64,000 nt of DNA, from positions 32,540 to 96,539 of the forward strand of contig JAUSJK010000048.1 in NCBI GenBank assembly GCA_030647255.1, written 5' to 3'. This DNA is from a bacterium. GTDB lineage: Bacteria > Patescibacteriota > Microgenomatia > UBA1406 > GWC2-37-13. Shown one piece after another: positions 19,449 through 28,732 of the stretch; positions within the stretch are counted from its first letter, which is position 1; each line of letters begins with the position of its first letter. The notes beneath the pieces are model-generated. The model did no database searches. It had not been told where the DNA came from and was given only the letters and a program-made list of their open reading frames with translations. The translations under genes and the position numbers were made by a program.

Positions 19449-19473
19449 TAAAGACTTTTGAATATTTAATTTT

Positions 19474-20175
19474 ATGTTTACACTTTATAAAAAAGAACTG
19501 AATTATTATCTCAATAATCCGATAGGGTATATCGTGGTAATTTTATTTGGCGTGTTTGCCAATTTTCTTTTCCTGAAAGATATATTTGTCGTCGGATCGG
19601 CTTCGATGCGGCCTTTTTTTAGTCTATTGCCTTGGCTTTTTCTTGTATTTATACCGGCATTATCTATGCGCAGTATTTCTGAAGAAAAACGTACAAATAC
19701 TATCGAAACACTCCTTTCATTACCTATATCCGAAACGCAGATCGTCCTGGCCAAATTTTTAGCACTTATGTCGCTCGTGATTTTAGGTCTAGTCATGACG
19801 ATAGGTCTGCCTGTTTCCCTCTCCTTACTTACGAAGATATATTATCCTGAAATAATTGTCGGTTATCTGGGAATGATATGTATTGGAGGAGCGATTGTTT
19901 CTGTGTCGATGCTTTTCTCTTCTCTGACCAAAAATCAGGTGGTCGCATTTTTATCATCCATATTGGTGGTATTTATTTTTTATATCATTGGGACTGATTT
20001 TAGCGCATCAGTACTGCCGAAGTTTATTCAGGATTTCGTAAGCTACTATAGTCCTTTATACCAACTGGAGAACTTCATGAAGGGAATACTCGATATAAGG
20101 TCGATATTTTATTTCATTAGTTTAATCATAGTCTTTCTTGTCCTCACGGTTATTGATTTGGAAAAAAGAAGTTGA
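19474..20175 (+). CDS. ABC-2 type transporter permease (GldF-like)
   Basis: 233 aa, six hydrophobic segments, directly downstream of the ATPase. Confidence 0.7.
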   Translation: MFTLYKKELNYYLNNPIGYIVVILFGVFANFLFLKDIFVVGSASMRPFFSLLPWLFLVFIPALSMRSISEEKRTNTIETLLSLPISETQIVLAKFLALMSLVILGLVMTIGLPVSLSLLTKIYYPEIIVGYLGMICIGGAIVSVSMLFSSLTKNQVVAFLSSILVVFIFYIIGTDFSASVLPKFIQDFVSYYSPLYQLENFMKGILDIRSIFYFISLIIVFLVLTVIDLEKRS

Positions 20176-20176
20176 T

Positions 20177-21676
20177 ATGTTTAGAAAATTACAAAAAATA
20201 AATCTGCTTCACCAGTTACGTCTTGATACGTTTAAAAAACAGACGGTCTATATTATTCTCATCGGCATATTTATAGGAGCAAATTTCTTATTATCTACTT
20301 TGCCTTTGCGTCTCGATCTATCCAGTGGGGCTGCCTACACGCTTTCACCTTCGAGTAAAAAAATAATCACCAAACTTGATAACAGTGTCGATATCAAATT
20401 GTATGTTTCTTCAGATCTGCCGACCCGCCTGGTACCTATAAAAACGAACGTGGTCGATCTTCTCAATGAATATAAAAGAGCAAGCAACGGAAAAATAAAT
20501 ATCAAAATACTTGATCCTAAAAAAGATGCCACTGCTCAACAGGAAGCCAAAGATGCGGGTATTCCCGAGTTGCAGTTTTCTCAACTGGAACAGGATAAGT
20601 ATGCCGTAACATCGTCATATTTTGGTATCGCCGCCTCGTATGGTAATAAAAAAGAAGTGTTACCCCAAGTAACTGATATAGAAAGTCTCGAGTACAATCT
20701 CACAGCGGCCATATACAAGATGACGCATAAAGAACTGGCGAAAGTTGGCATCATGGGAAAAGAGGAAGCTATTATTCCCCAGCAGGAAGATTTAGGCACA
20801 TTGAAACAGATACTGGCCCAACAGTTTGAAATAAATTATATTGCCGAAGCGTCGGCGGGTGCACAAATTGACACTGCCAATAAAGTTGTCATGCTTTTTG
20901 ACAATAATAATAAAGCATATTCGGAAGATGAGATACAGGTACTCAAAAATTATATTGCCAAAAACGGCAACTTGATTGTATTTTCAGACGGCGAATGGGT
21001 CATGGATGATCTAACAACAGCTCCCGCCACTCATAATCTGGAAAATCTTTTAAGTGCGTATGGAATAAAACTTCATAATGATTTAGTTCTTTCAAGTTCG
21101 GCTGAGATGGTGAACTTCGGTAACCAGATAGTCTCATATTTATCTCCTTACCCCTTCTGGCTCAAGACAAACAACTTTAACGAAAAAATGTCGTATTTTT
21201 CGAATATTACTCAACTGACGTATCCTTGGGTTTCGGCGTTGTCCCTCACAAAGAAAGATGGTATTGAGACAAAGGAAGTGGTTAAGAGTACCCAGTCATC
21301 CTGGGAGCAAAAAAATACATTTATTCTTAATCCACAGGAAATTCCTCAACCGAAGTCACAAGATTTGCAAGAATTTCTCATCACTGCGGAAGCAAAACAA
21401 AAAAACGGAGGCAGTCTTTTAGTCATTCCTTCTTCCCGGTTTGTTAACGACAGATATTTGAGCCGCGGATCGGGGAATATTGAGTTTGTTTTAAATGCTC
21501 TCAATAACTTTGGTTCAGACGGGGCTTTATCGGGTATACGACAGCGGGCAGTTTCTTTTTATCCAATTCCTGATCTGCCTGAACAACTAAAAGATATATT
21601 CAAGTATGCCAATATTCTTCTTCTCCCTCTGCTTCTCGCGGTCTACGGCGGCATACGACTCATGAAGAGAAAATAA
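20177..21676 (+). CDS. ABC-system auxiliary protein (GldG-like)
   Basis: N- and C-terminal TM anchors flank a large extracytoplasmic domain. The ATG at 20177 follows the permease stop at 20175. Confidence 0.6.
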   Translation: MFRKLQKINLLHQLRLDTFKKQTVYIILIGIFIGANFLLSTLPLRLDLSSGAAYTLSPSSKKIITKLDNSVDIKLYVSSDLPTRLVPIKTNVVDLLNEYKRASNGKINIKILDPKKDATAQQEAKDAGIPELQFSQLEQDKYAVTSSYFGIAASYGNKKEVLPQVTDIESLEYNLTAAIYKMTHKELAKVGIMGKEEAIIPQQEDLGTLKQILAQQFEINYIAEASAGAQIDTANKVVMLFDNNNKAYSEDEIQVLKNYIAKNGNLIVFSDGEWVMDDLTTAPATHNLENLLSAYGIKLHNDLVLSSSAEMVNFGNQIVSYLSPYPFWLKTNNFNEKMSYFSNITQLTYPWVSALSLTKKDGIETKEVVKSTQSSWEQKNTFILNPQEIPQPKSQDLQEFLITAEAKQKNGGSLLVIPSSRFVNDRYLSRGSGNIEFVLNALNNFGSDGALSGIRQRAVSFYPIPDLPEQLKDIFKYANILLLPLLLAVYGGIRLMKRK

Positions 21677-21690
21677 GTTATAATTGTCAC

Positions 21691-23097
21691 ATGGTAAGAA
21701 CACGTATCGCTCCATCTCCGACAGGAAATGATATCCATATAGGCAATCTTTACACAGCGCTTATCAACTGGGCATTTGCCAAAAAAAATAAAGGTTCGTT
21801 TATCATTCGAATTGAAGACACAGATAGAACCCGTCTCGTAGAAGGAGCGGAGGAAAAAATACTTTCTTCATTTCTTGCCTATGGACTGGACTATGATGAG
21901 GGACCCGGAAAAGAAGGTAAGTATGCTCCTTACAGACAATCAGAACGGTTAAGTATCTACAAAAAACACGCCGATGAATTAATACAAAAAAGAGCCGCCT
22001 ATTACTGTGTCTGCACGAAGGAACGTTTAGATGAGATAAGAAAAATTCAGCTGACAGAAAAAAAAGTACCCCGATACGATAAACATTGTTTAACGAATCA
22101 AGTAGAAGTACAAAAACAAATCAAGAAAGGTACACCTTACGTAATACGTCTGAAAGTACCCGAGCATAAAAAAATAGTTGCCGAAGATTTATTGAGAGGT
22201 GCGATTGAATTTTCTTCAAACGATCTTGACGATCAGGTTCTTCTTAAATCTGATGGCTACCCGACGTATCATCTGGCCGTTGTTGTTGACGATACGCTGA
22301 TGGAGATAACACATGTGATACGGGCGGAAGAATGGCTTTCATCCACGCCAAAACATATTCTTCTTTACGAAGCGTTTGGTTGGCAGAAACCTATATTTGT
22401 CCACCTGCCTATTTTACGAAACCCTGACCGATCTAAACTTTCAAAAAGAAAAAATCCTGTCTGGGCGTCGTGGTATCTGGAACAAGGGTATCTGCCGGAA
22501 GCGGTTCTCAACTATCTATCACTTATGGGGTGGTCTCATCCGGAAGGAAAAGAAATATTTTCTCTGGAAGAATTTATTCGGGTGTTTGAACTTAAAGATA
22601 TAAAGACCTCAGGGCCTGCATTCGACCAAGTGAAGCTTGAATGGATGAATGGAGAGTACATACGAAACATGAAACATGAAACATTAAACATGAAACTTTT
22701 AGATTTTATTGGACCACAATATCCCAAGGAATTAGTGGAAAAAACGATACCTCTTATTCAGGAGAGGATTAAGAAATTGTCCGATTATCTTCCTTTGACA
22801 GAGTTTTTTTTCAAAAGGCCAGAGAAGTACGAAATAGATATGAGTAAGTATAAAGATATTCTTAAAAAAGTAGGGGAGAAAATAGAAACGGTTACAGAAT
22901 GGAAGTCGAAAGAAATAGGGGAGGCGATGCAAAGTGTCGCGACAGAGGTGGGGATGAAGAATAGTGAGTTTTTTATGATGCTCAGAGTCGCCATCACAGG
23001 AAAAAAAATCTCCCCCCCTCTTAACGAGTCGATGGAAATACTAGGGAAGGAAGAATCAGTTAGTAGGGTAAAATCAGCGACGACGCCAGAATCGTAG
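21691..23097 (+). CDS. gltX: glutamate--tRNA ligase
   Basis: RIAPSPTGNDIHIGN (HIGH), KLSKRK (KMSKS), 468 aa. The last codons lie inside a fragment of the hairpin repeat. Confidence 0.9.
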   Translation: MVRTRIAPSPTGNDIHIGNLYTALINWAFAKKNKGSFIIRIEDTDRTRLVEGAEEKILSSFLAYGLDYDEGPGKEGKYAPYRQSERLSIYKKHADELIQKRAAYYCVCTKERLDEIRKIQLTEKKVPRYDKHCLTNQVEVQKQIKKGTPYVIRLKVPEHKKIVAEDLLRGAIEFSSNDLDDQVLLKSDGYPTYHLAVVVDDTLMEITHVIRAEEWLSSTPKHILLYEAFGWQKPIFVHLPILRNPDRSKLSKRKNPVWASWYLEQGYLPEAVLNYLSLMGWSHPEGKEIFSLEEFIRVFELKDIKTSGPAFDQVKLEWMNGEYIRNMKHETLNMKLLDFIGPQYPKELVEKTIPLIQERIKKLSDYLPLTEFFFKRPEKYEIDMSKYKDILKKVGEKIETVTEWKSKEIGEAMQSVATEVGMKNSEFFMMLRVAITGKKISPPLNESMEILGKEESVSRVKSATTPES

Positions 23098-23119
23098 TTG
23101 ACTCATTGAAAACGATCCT
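23079..23119. repeat. GTCATYCTGG repeat family, partial copy 5 (central segment only)
   Basis: gacgacgccagaatcgtagttgactcattgaaaacgatcct aligns with the centre of copy 2 (10389-10431). It overlaps the gltX stop. Confidence 0.7.
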
Positions 23120-23126
23120 CATACAT

Positions 23127-24383
23127 TTATTTACTGATATCTTTTCGATACTGCATACCGTCAAATTGAATCTGGTCGACGGCGAGATAGGCTTTTTTTA
23201 ATGCTTCTTTTATATTTTTTCCGGTGACGGAGACGCCCAGTACTCTACCTCCGTTTGTGACGACACCCTCTTTATTTTTCTTAGTACCTGAATGAAAGAT
23301 AACGACGTCCTTGAACTCTTCTGCTTTTTTTAGGCCGTAAATAGCATCGCCTTTTTTATATGTTCCGGGATACCCTTTCGAAGCGATCATTATACAGCAG
23401 GCGGCTTTCTTCTCCCATATTATCTTAAGGTTCTTTAATGAGCCGTCGATGCAAGCTTCGATAATATCTATAAGATCTGTTTTTAAAATCCTCATATACG
23501 ACTGCGTTTCCGGATCACCGAATCGGGAGTTAAATTCGAGAACTTTCGGTCCTTCTTTTGTGAGCATGATTCCCGGATAAAGACAACCTTTAAATGGGCG
23601 TCCCTCTTTTTGAAGCGCTTTTAACACAGGTTTGACTATCTTTTCTTCGATTTTCGGCAGTGTTTTTTTGGTTATTCCTTCGACGGGTACGATCGTGCCC
23701 ATGCCTCCCGTATTTGGTCCTTTGTTATCTTCGAATATTTGCTTGTGGTCTTTAGAAATGGGAAAAAGAGCAACGGTTTTTCCGTCACAAAATGCGTGGA
23801 CAGAAATTTCTTTGCCTTCTAGATATTCTTCGATCACGATTTCTTGACCGGCCGGACCGAATATATTTTTTACCAAGATCTCGTCTACGGTTTTTTCAGC
23901 TTCTTCGAAGGTTTTTGATATAACCACGCCTTTTCCAAGAGCCAAACCGCTCGCTTTTATGACGATAGGCATCTTTTGAGTTTGTAGATATTTTTTTGCC
24001 TTCTCGGCATCGTGGAATGTTGCATATGCCGCTGTAGGAATATTATTTTTTCGCATTATTTTTTTGGCATATGCTTTTGACCACTCTATTTTGGCGGCGA
24101 TTTTTGTCGGACCGAAAGCTTTTATGTGTGCTTTCGTCAAATCATCTACCAGGCCTTGAGCCAACACGTCATCTGGTCCCACAACAACCATTTCGACACG
24201 ATTTTTCTTAGCGAATGAAACAATTTCTTGATTATTTTTGATATCTAAAGGAACATTTATTCCTAAGCTTTCAGTGCCGGCATTGCCTGGAGCGATATAG
24301 AGTTTTTGTAGTCTTTTGGATTGTGTGATTTTCCAGGCGAGAGCATGTTCTCGTCCTCCCGAACCGATGATTAAGATATTCAT
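23127..24383 (-). CDS. purD: phosphoribosylamine--glycine ligase
   Basis: MNILIIGSGGREHALAWK, ATP-grasp core, 418 aa. Confidence 0.9.
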   Translation of the reverse strand: MNILIIGSGGREHALAWKITQSKRLQKLYIAPGNAGTESLGINVPLDIKNNQEIVSFAKKNRVEMVVVGPDDVLAQGLVDDLTKAHIKAFGPTKIAAKIEWSKAYAKKIMRKNNIPTAAYATFHDAEKAKKYLQTQKMPIVIKASGLALGKGVVISKTFEEAEKTVDEILVKNIFGPAGQEIVIEEYLEGKEISVHAFCDGKTVALFPISKDHKQIFEDNKGPNTGGMGTIVPVEGITKKTLPKIEEKIVKPVLKALQKEGRPFKGCLYPGIMLTKEGPKVLEFNSRFGDPETQSYMRILKTDLIDIIEACIDGSLKNLKIIWEKKAACCIMIASKGYPGTYKKGDAIYGLKKAEEFKDVVIFHSGTKKNKEGVVTNGGRVLGVSVTGKNIKEALKKAYLAVDQIQFDGMQYRKDISK

Positions 24384-25897
24384 ATTTTAAAAACACTTCC
24401 GTCCTTATTGATTGGATACACTCCGGTGAGACACCCTCCACACGAACCGTTTCTTAAAAAAATTTCTTCTTTTCTTGATGGTATGTCTGGTTTAGAACTG
24501 AGAAGCTTTGCTTTGACAAAGCCCACGTTGGAGATATAGTTCACAGAAGTTGCCCCAATGGATTTGGCGATATGTTCGGGGGTTCCGTCAGTTTCATTCG
24601 CGACAAGTTCTTCTTTTGTTCTCAAAGATACGCCGAGGTGACAGTGGTCCTTCACAGGAGGAAAGCCGACGATCCAATGGACTTCTTTGGCTCCCAGAGA
24701 GAATACGGCTCGAGTGATTTCTTTGGAAACATTTCCTCTGACGATCGAATCATCGCCTATCACCACGACAGCATCTTTCCAGATATGTCCATCAGGGACA
24801 AGGGACAATTTTCCGAGTACTTTTTTTTTGATTTTTTTAATGTGATCATCTTTCATAAACAAGCGGTGAGATCCATTGACATCAAAATGGTCTCTGATGA
24901 TGACTTGTTTATAAGGAAGATGAAGTGTGTTGGCGTACTCTGCGGCTATTGCCAGTCCCGAGTCGGGAAGTCCGACGACAAAGCTGGCATTTTTAATGGG
25001 TTTTTCTGAAGCGAGTATGGTTCCACATCTTTGTCTGAATCGTGAGACAGACATCCAGTTTTCTTTTTTTTGAGAATCTTTATTTTCATTCGTAGACATA
25101 AGCGAATCGGGTCTTGCGAAGTAGGCCCATTCAAAATCACAGAAATGATAACTCCGTGAACTATCTTTTTTTATTGTTTTGATGCCATTTCTATCTATTT
25201 TAAGTATCTCTCCTTTTTCCAGCTGTCTCACTACTTTGGCGCCGAGTTTATCGAACGCGTGTGTTTCTGATGCGAGCATAAAGGTATCTTTAAATGTACC
25301 CAAGATAAGCGGCCGGATACCCGACTTATCTCGCGCGGCATAGAGACAGTTTTCGACGCCAAAAATAAAACTATAGGCCCCTTCTGCTTTTTCCAGTGCT
25401 TTGATTATTTTTTCTTCCCACGAAGAAGCTTTAATAGAAGCAAGATACTGGGTAAAAATATAAGTGTCGCTGATTCCTTCGGGATAGTTTTTCAGAAGTG
25501 TTGATTTCATGTGGGTTGTTTCGGGGAGTTCTCCATTATGAACAACGGAAATTTTTCCCAGATTTTTGGACACCCCGACGCATGGCTGAAGATTATGTTT
25601 GATGTAACCGCCGTTGGTGCCGTACCGGCAGTGGACGAGAAACCAATTGGAAGGAAAATCAAGTTTTTTGACGACGTCTTTGGTGAAAATTTCCCTGAGA
25701 AGTCCGTCTCCGGTAAATTTGATCAGTTTTTTATTTTTATAAAAGGTAATACCGGCTCCGTGTTGTCCTCGGTGCTGAACTCCTCCGGCGGCGACAATGG
25801 CGGGCCTGATGAGAGACTGCGGCTTTGTTGAAAAAAGACCCACTATGCCGCATTTTTCCTGAAGAGGTTTATCTTCGATATATTGGTTAAGATTCAT
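24380..25897 (-). CDS. purF: amidophosphoribosyltransferase
   Basis: The N-terminal ...EKCGIVG supplies the Ntn Cys. PRTase loop VVVIGDDSIVRGN. Overlaps the purD start by 4 nt. Confidence 0.85.
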   Translation of the reverse strand: MNLNQYIEDKPLQEKCGIVGLFSTKPQSLIRPAIVAAGGVQHRGQHGAGITFYKNKKLIKFTGDGLLREIFTKDVVKKLDFPSNWFLVHCRYGTNGGYIKHNLQPCVGVSKNLGKISVVHNGELPETTHMKSTLLKNYPEGISDTYIFTQYLASIKASSWEEKIIKALEKAEGAYSFIFGVENCLYAARDKSGIRPLILGTFKDTFMLASETHAFDKLGAKVVRQLEKGEILKIDRNGIKTIKKDSSRSYHFCDFEWAYFARPDSLMSTNENKDSQKKENWMSVSRFRQRCGTILASEKPIKNASFVVGLPDSGLAIAAEYANTLHLPYKQVIIRDHFDVNGSHRLFMKDDHIKKIKKKVLGKLSLVPDGHIWKDAVVVIGDDSIVRGNVSKEITRAVFSLGAKEVHWIVGFPPVKDHCHLGVSLRTKEELVANETDGTPEHIAKSIGATSVNYISNVGFVKAKLLSSKPDIPSRKEEIFLRNGSCGGCLTGVYPINKDGSVFKI

Positions 25898-25981
25898 TTT
25901 TTTTCATTCTTTCACAACGACCGTTTCGATAGCAATAAATGCACTAATAGTATAATAAATTAATTTTTAATTTGTTCTCCT

Positions 25982-27073
25982 ATGAAATATGCAAAGACGG
26001 GGGTGAACTATGATCTCATGGATGTCTTGAAACGGATGGCACAAAAAGAGGGCAGAAAAACGATACTCAATCTTTCCCTCGGTTTTAAAGAAGTCTCGCA
26101 ATCCCGAGGAGAATCTGCGTATATCATCGAACATAAAGACTCATATCTCGTGACTGTACAGGAAGGACTCGGTACAAAAAGTCTCATCGCTGATGAGATG
26201 TATAAAGAAAGTGGAAAATCCTATTATGATAGTTTAGCACAGGATACGGTGGCGATGATTGTCAACGATCTTGTGACAGTCGGCGCTAAGCCTTTGATAG
26301 TCCAAGCCTATTGGGGAGCGGGGAGTCCAGAGTGGTTTAAAGATACACAAAGAATGAAAGATCTGGTTTCGGGGTGGAAAAAAGCGTGTGATATGTCAGG
26401 TGCCGTCTGGGGAGGAGGCGAGACGTGTACTCTTACAAGCATCATTGCTAAAGATGCCTTCGATCTGGCGGGGTCAAGCGTAGGCGTTATTCAACCCAAA
26501 AAAAGATTAACACTCGGAAATAAAATCCGGGCGGCTGACAGAATAATTATGTTCGAGAGCAGTGGCATACATGCCAACGGTCTTTCTCTCGCTCGGGCAA
26601 TAGCCGACAAACTTCCTCAAAGATATATGGCAAAAATGAGTAATGGAGTTTTATATGGAGAAGCACTTTTAAAACCGACGATTATCTACGCGAAACTGAT
26701 TGAGTCTTTATTTATTGCGAGTATAGATATACATTATATGGTGAATATAACGGGGCACGGGTGGAGGAAGCTTATGAGATACTCAAAACCATTTACTTAT
26801 AGAATCACGTCGACTCCTTCGATTCCTGAACTTTTTAAATTTATGATGGAACATGGGCCGCTTGATATGAAAGAAGCCTATGGGAATCTCAATATGGGGG
26901 CTGGATTTGCGATTTTTATCTCCCAGAAAGACATAGAAAAAACCATACAAATAGCCAAAGCATTAAAACTAAAAGTATTTGATGCGGGAGTGATTGAAAA
27001 AGGAAAAAAACAAGTCGTCATCGAACCTCATGGGATAACTTTTTCGGAAGAAGAGTTAAGGGTTAGAAATTAG
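25982..27073 (+). CDS. purM: AIR synthase-family protein (PurM-like phosphoribosylformylglycinamidine cyclo-ligase)
   Basis: PurM-like layout (DSLAQDTVAMIVNDLVTVGAKP, GGGET, SSGIHANGLSLAR) adjacent to purF and purD. Confidence 0.65.
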   Translation: MKYAKTGVNYDLMDVLKRMAQKEGRKTILNLSLGFKEVSQSRGESAYIIEHKDSYLVTVQEGLGTKSLIADEMYKESGKSYYDSLAQDTVAMIVNDLVTVGAKPLIVQAYWGAGSPEWFKDTQRMKDLVSGWKKACDMSGAVWGGGETCTLTSIIAKDAFDLAGSSVGVIQPKKRLTLGNKIRAADRIIMFESSGIHANGLSLARAIADKLPQRYMAKMSNGVLYGEALLKPTIIYAKLIESLFIASIDIHYMVNITGHGWRKLMRYSKPFTYRITSTPSIPELFKFMMEHGPLDMKEAYGNLNMGAGFAIFISQKDIEKTIQIAKALKLKVFDAGVIEKGKKQVVIEPHGITFSEEELRVRN

Positions 27074-27981
27074 TACATCTCGACCCAGTGTGGGTCTGTC
27101 TCGACGGTGAGATCAAGATATATTTTTTTTCCTGTGGCTAACGCAATCTCTTTTCTCGCCCAACTGCCGAGTTCTTTTATTTTTCGTCCTTTCGAACCGA
27201 TAATCATCCGTTTATACCTGTCTTCTGTCGTTAAAATCCGCGCTTTGATGTAGGTCAATTTTGGGGTGCGCTCGATGATTTCGTCTATCACGGCAGTTGT
27301 CGTATACGGTATCTCTTCTCCCATACCCAAAAATACTTTTTCACGGATGAGTTCGGCTATAAATGTGCGGCTGTCCATATTGAGAAGGGGATAGACCGGT
27401 TTGAGACTTTTGTAATATTCGACGGTATCATTTTTTTCCGGAAGAAGCTCAAATATTTTATCCGTCAGAGGTTTAATATGTTTGTCTTGGAGGGCTGAAA
27501 TATAAAATACATGATCGAATTCATCCTCGAGAAATTTATACTGAGGGAGAAATTTTGCTTCAAGATCAACTTTATTGATGACTAAAATCTTGGGTTTGTC
27601 TATTTTTCGGACGATACCGAGCACTTTTCCTTCTTCAAAATCACGCTTTCTGCTTTGGTCAACCATGTATATGACGACATCCACATTCTCTTTGACAGTC
27701 AGGAGAGTTTTAGAGTTTATTTTTTTGGAAAGTTTATCTTCCGCTTTGCCAAATATACCGGGGGTATCCGTGAAGACGATTGTGCCTCGTTCATCTTCGT
27801 ACATCGCTTTGATAGGCGAGCGGGTCGTCTGAGGTTTGGGAGATGTAATAGCTACCTTACGACCGATCAATGTGTTCAAGAATGTTGATTTACCCACGTT
27901 TGGCCGGCCGATAAGAAGGACAGTACCTTCTTTTTTGATGGGTGCAGTGGGTATTTTTTTGTCCTGACGCTCCGATTTCAT
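27070..27981 (-). CDS. era: GTPase Era
   Basis: G1 GRPNVGKST, G3 DTPG, G4 NKVD and a C-terminal KH domain (IGSKGRKIKELG). Confidence 0.9.
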   Translation of the reverse strand: MKSERQDKKIPTAPIKKEGTVLLIGRPNVGKSTFLNTLIGRKVAITSPKPQTTRSPIKAMYEDERGTIVFTDTPGIFGKAEDKLSKKINSKTLLTVKENVDVVIYMVDQSRKRDFEEGKVLGIVRKIDKPKILVINKVDLEAKFLPQYKFLEDEFDHVFYISALQDKHIKPLTDKIFELLPEKNDTVEYYKSLKPVYPLLNMDSRTFIAELIREKVFLGMGEEIPYTTTAVIDEIIERTPKLTYIKARILTTEDRYKRMIIGSKGRKIKELGSWARKEIALATGKKIYLDLTVETDPHWVEMY

Positions 27982-28056
27982 ATAGTAAATTGTATCACAT
28001 TTTCCTTCTTAGCCTTTCTTATGTAGCTTTTTTTGGTAAAATAAGAGTATTTTGTA

Positions 28057-28132
28057 TGGGGAGTGGTGTAACGGTAACACGCCAGACTTTGGATCTGCGC
28101 GACTCAAGGTTCGAATCCTTGCTCCCCAGCCA
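28057..28132 (+). tRNA. tRNA-Gln (anticodon UUG), CCA encoded
   Basis: TGGGGAG TG GTGT AACGGTA ACAC G CCAGA CTTTGGA TCTGC ... CAAGG TTCGAAT CCTTG CTCCCCA G CCA. The acceptor, D and T arms are clean. The anticodon stem has a C:C mismatch or the variable loop is 6 nt, so tRNAscan confirmation is needed. Confidence 0.75.
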
Positions 28133-28248
28133 TTCGACTCGCCCTGAGTATAATCGAACGGGCTCGCTCATGGCTATAGCCAATTTCAAGTCGAATGTCC
28201 TGAGCGATGGTGAGCGAAGTCGAACCAGAGTCGAAGGAACAACATCTT

Positions 28249-28521
28249 ATGACCTTTTTCGTGTATATGCTTCGTAGTTCTTCAAATGATCTATATATTG
28301 GTCAAACTAATAATCTTATTGAGCGAGAAATTCAGCAAACTTCAAAATCTTCAAAGGCGGCAAAGTTTATAAAAGAAAGATCAGATTTTAAACTTGTGTA
28401 TTTTGAAAAATACAAAACAAGATTAGAATCAATGAGGAGAGAAAAACAACTCAAAGGATGGACGCGAGCTAAGAAAGAAGCGCTTATTAAGGGAGATTTA
28501 AAGCTGTTAAAAAAGTTATAA
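28249..28521 (+). CDS. small GIY-YIG (URI-domain) nuclease family protein
   Basis: FFVYMLRSSSNDLYIGQTNNLIERE is a GIY...YIG motif, and ...EKQLKGWTRAKKEALI follows. The ATG at 28249 is preferred. The upstream part of the tracked ORF is a GTCGAA-rich leader. Confidence 0.75.
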   Translation: MTFFVYMLRSSSNDLYIGQTNNLIEREIQQTSKSSKAAKFIKERSDFKLVYFEKYKTRLESMRREKQLKGWTRAKKEALIKGDLKLLKKL

Positions 28522-28532
28522 AATCGGTTAGT

Positions 28533-28561
28533 TGACAATCTCTTCAACCTCCGAGGTTGAA
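28533..28561 (+). repeat. TGACAATCTCTTC-hairpin motif, copy A
   Basis: TGACAATCTCTTCAACCTCCGAGGTTGAA, with a 7-bp stem TTCAACC/GGTTGAA. 27/29 identical to 34823-34851, and the first 20 nt are 19/20 identical to 33690-33709. Confidence 0.75.
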
Positions 28562-28732
28562 TTCACTTATATTTTTTCATACGCCCCATCTTAATCTACT
28601 TTAGCAATCCTTATCAGTCTACATTCTTATTCTTACCAACCGCCTGGCGAACGGTGTCAACTTCATGGTATGCTCAGTGTACTATGTGGGAACTATTTGA
28701 CTAACGATAAATTAATTTAATACTTTCATAAA

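Noticed and set aside
22661-22694. AACATGAAACATGAAACATTAAACATGAAAC tandem inside gltX as an inserted copy of the GTTACA-type intergenic motif.
   Set aside because: It differs from the motif at every unit (GAAAC against GTAAC), stays in frame (RNMKHETLNMK) and lies in a variable linker region of GltX. Local slippage in AT-rich coding DNA is the simpler explanation, and it cannot be distinguished without alignments.
27942-28277. Tracked ORFs overlapping RNA genes: 27942-28277 over tRNA-Gln, and 8720-8911 plus the first 19 codons of 7986-8834 over tRNA-Pro.
   Set aside because: The underlying sequences fold into canonical tRNAs, so these ORFs are translation artefacts. The CPBP gene start was moved to 8777.
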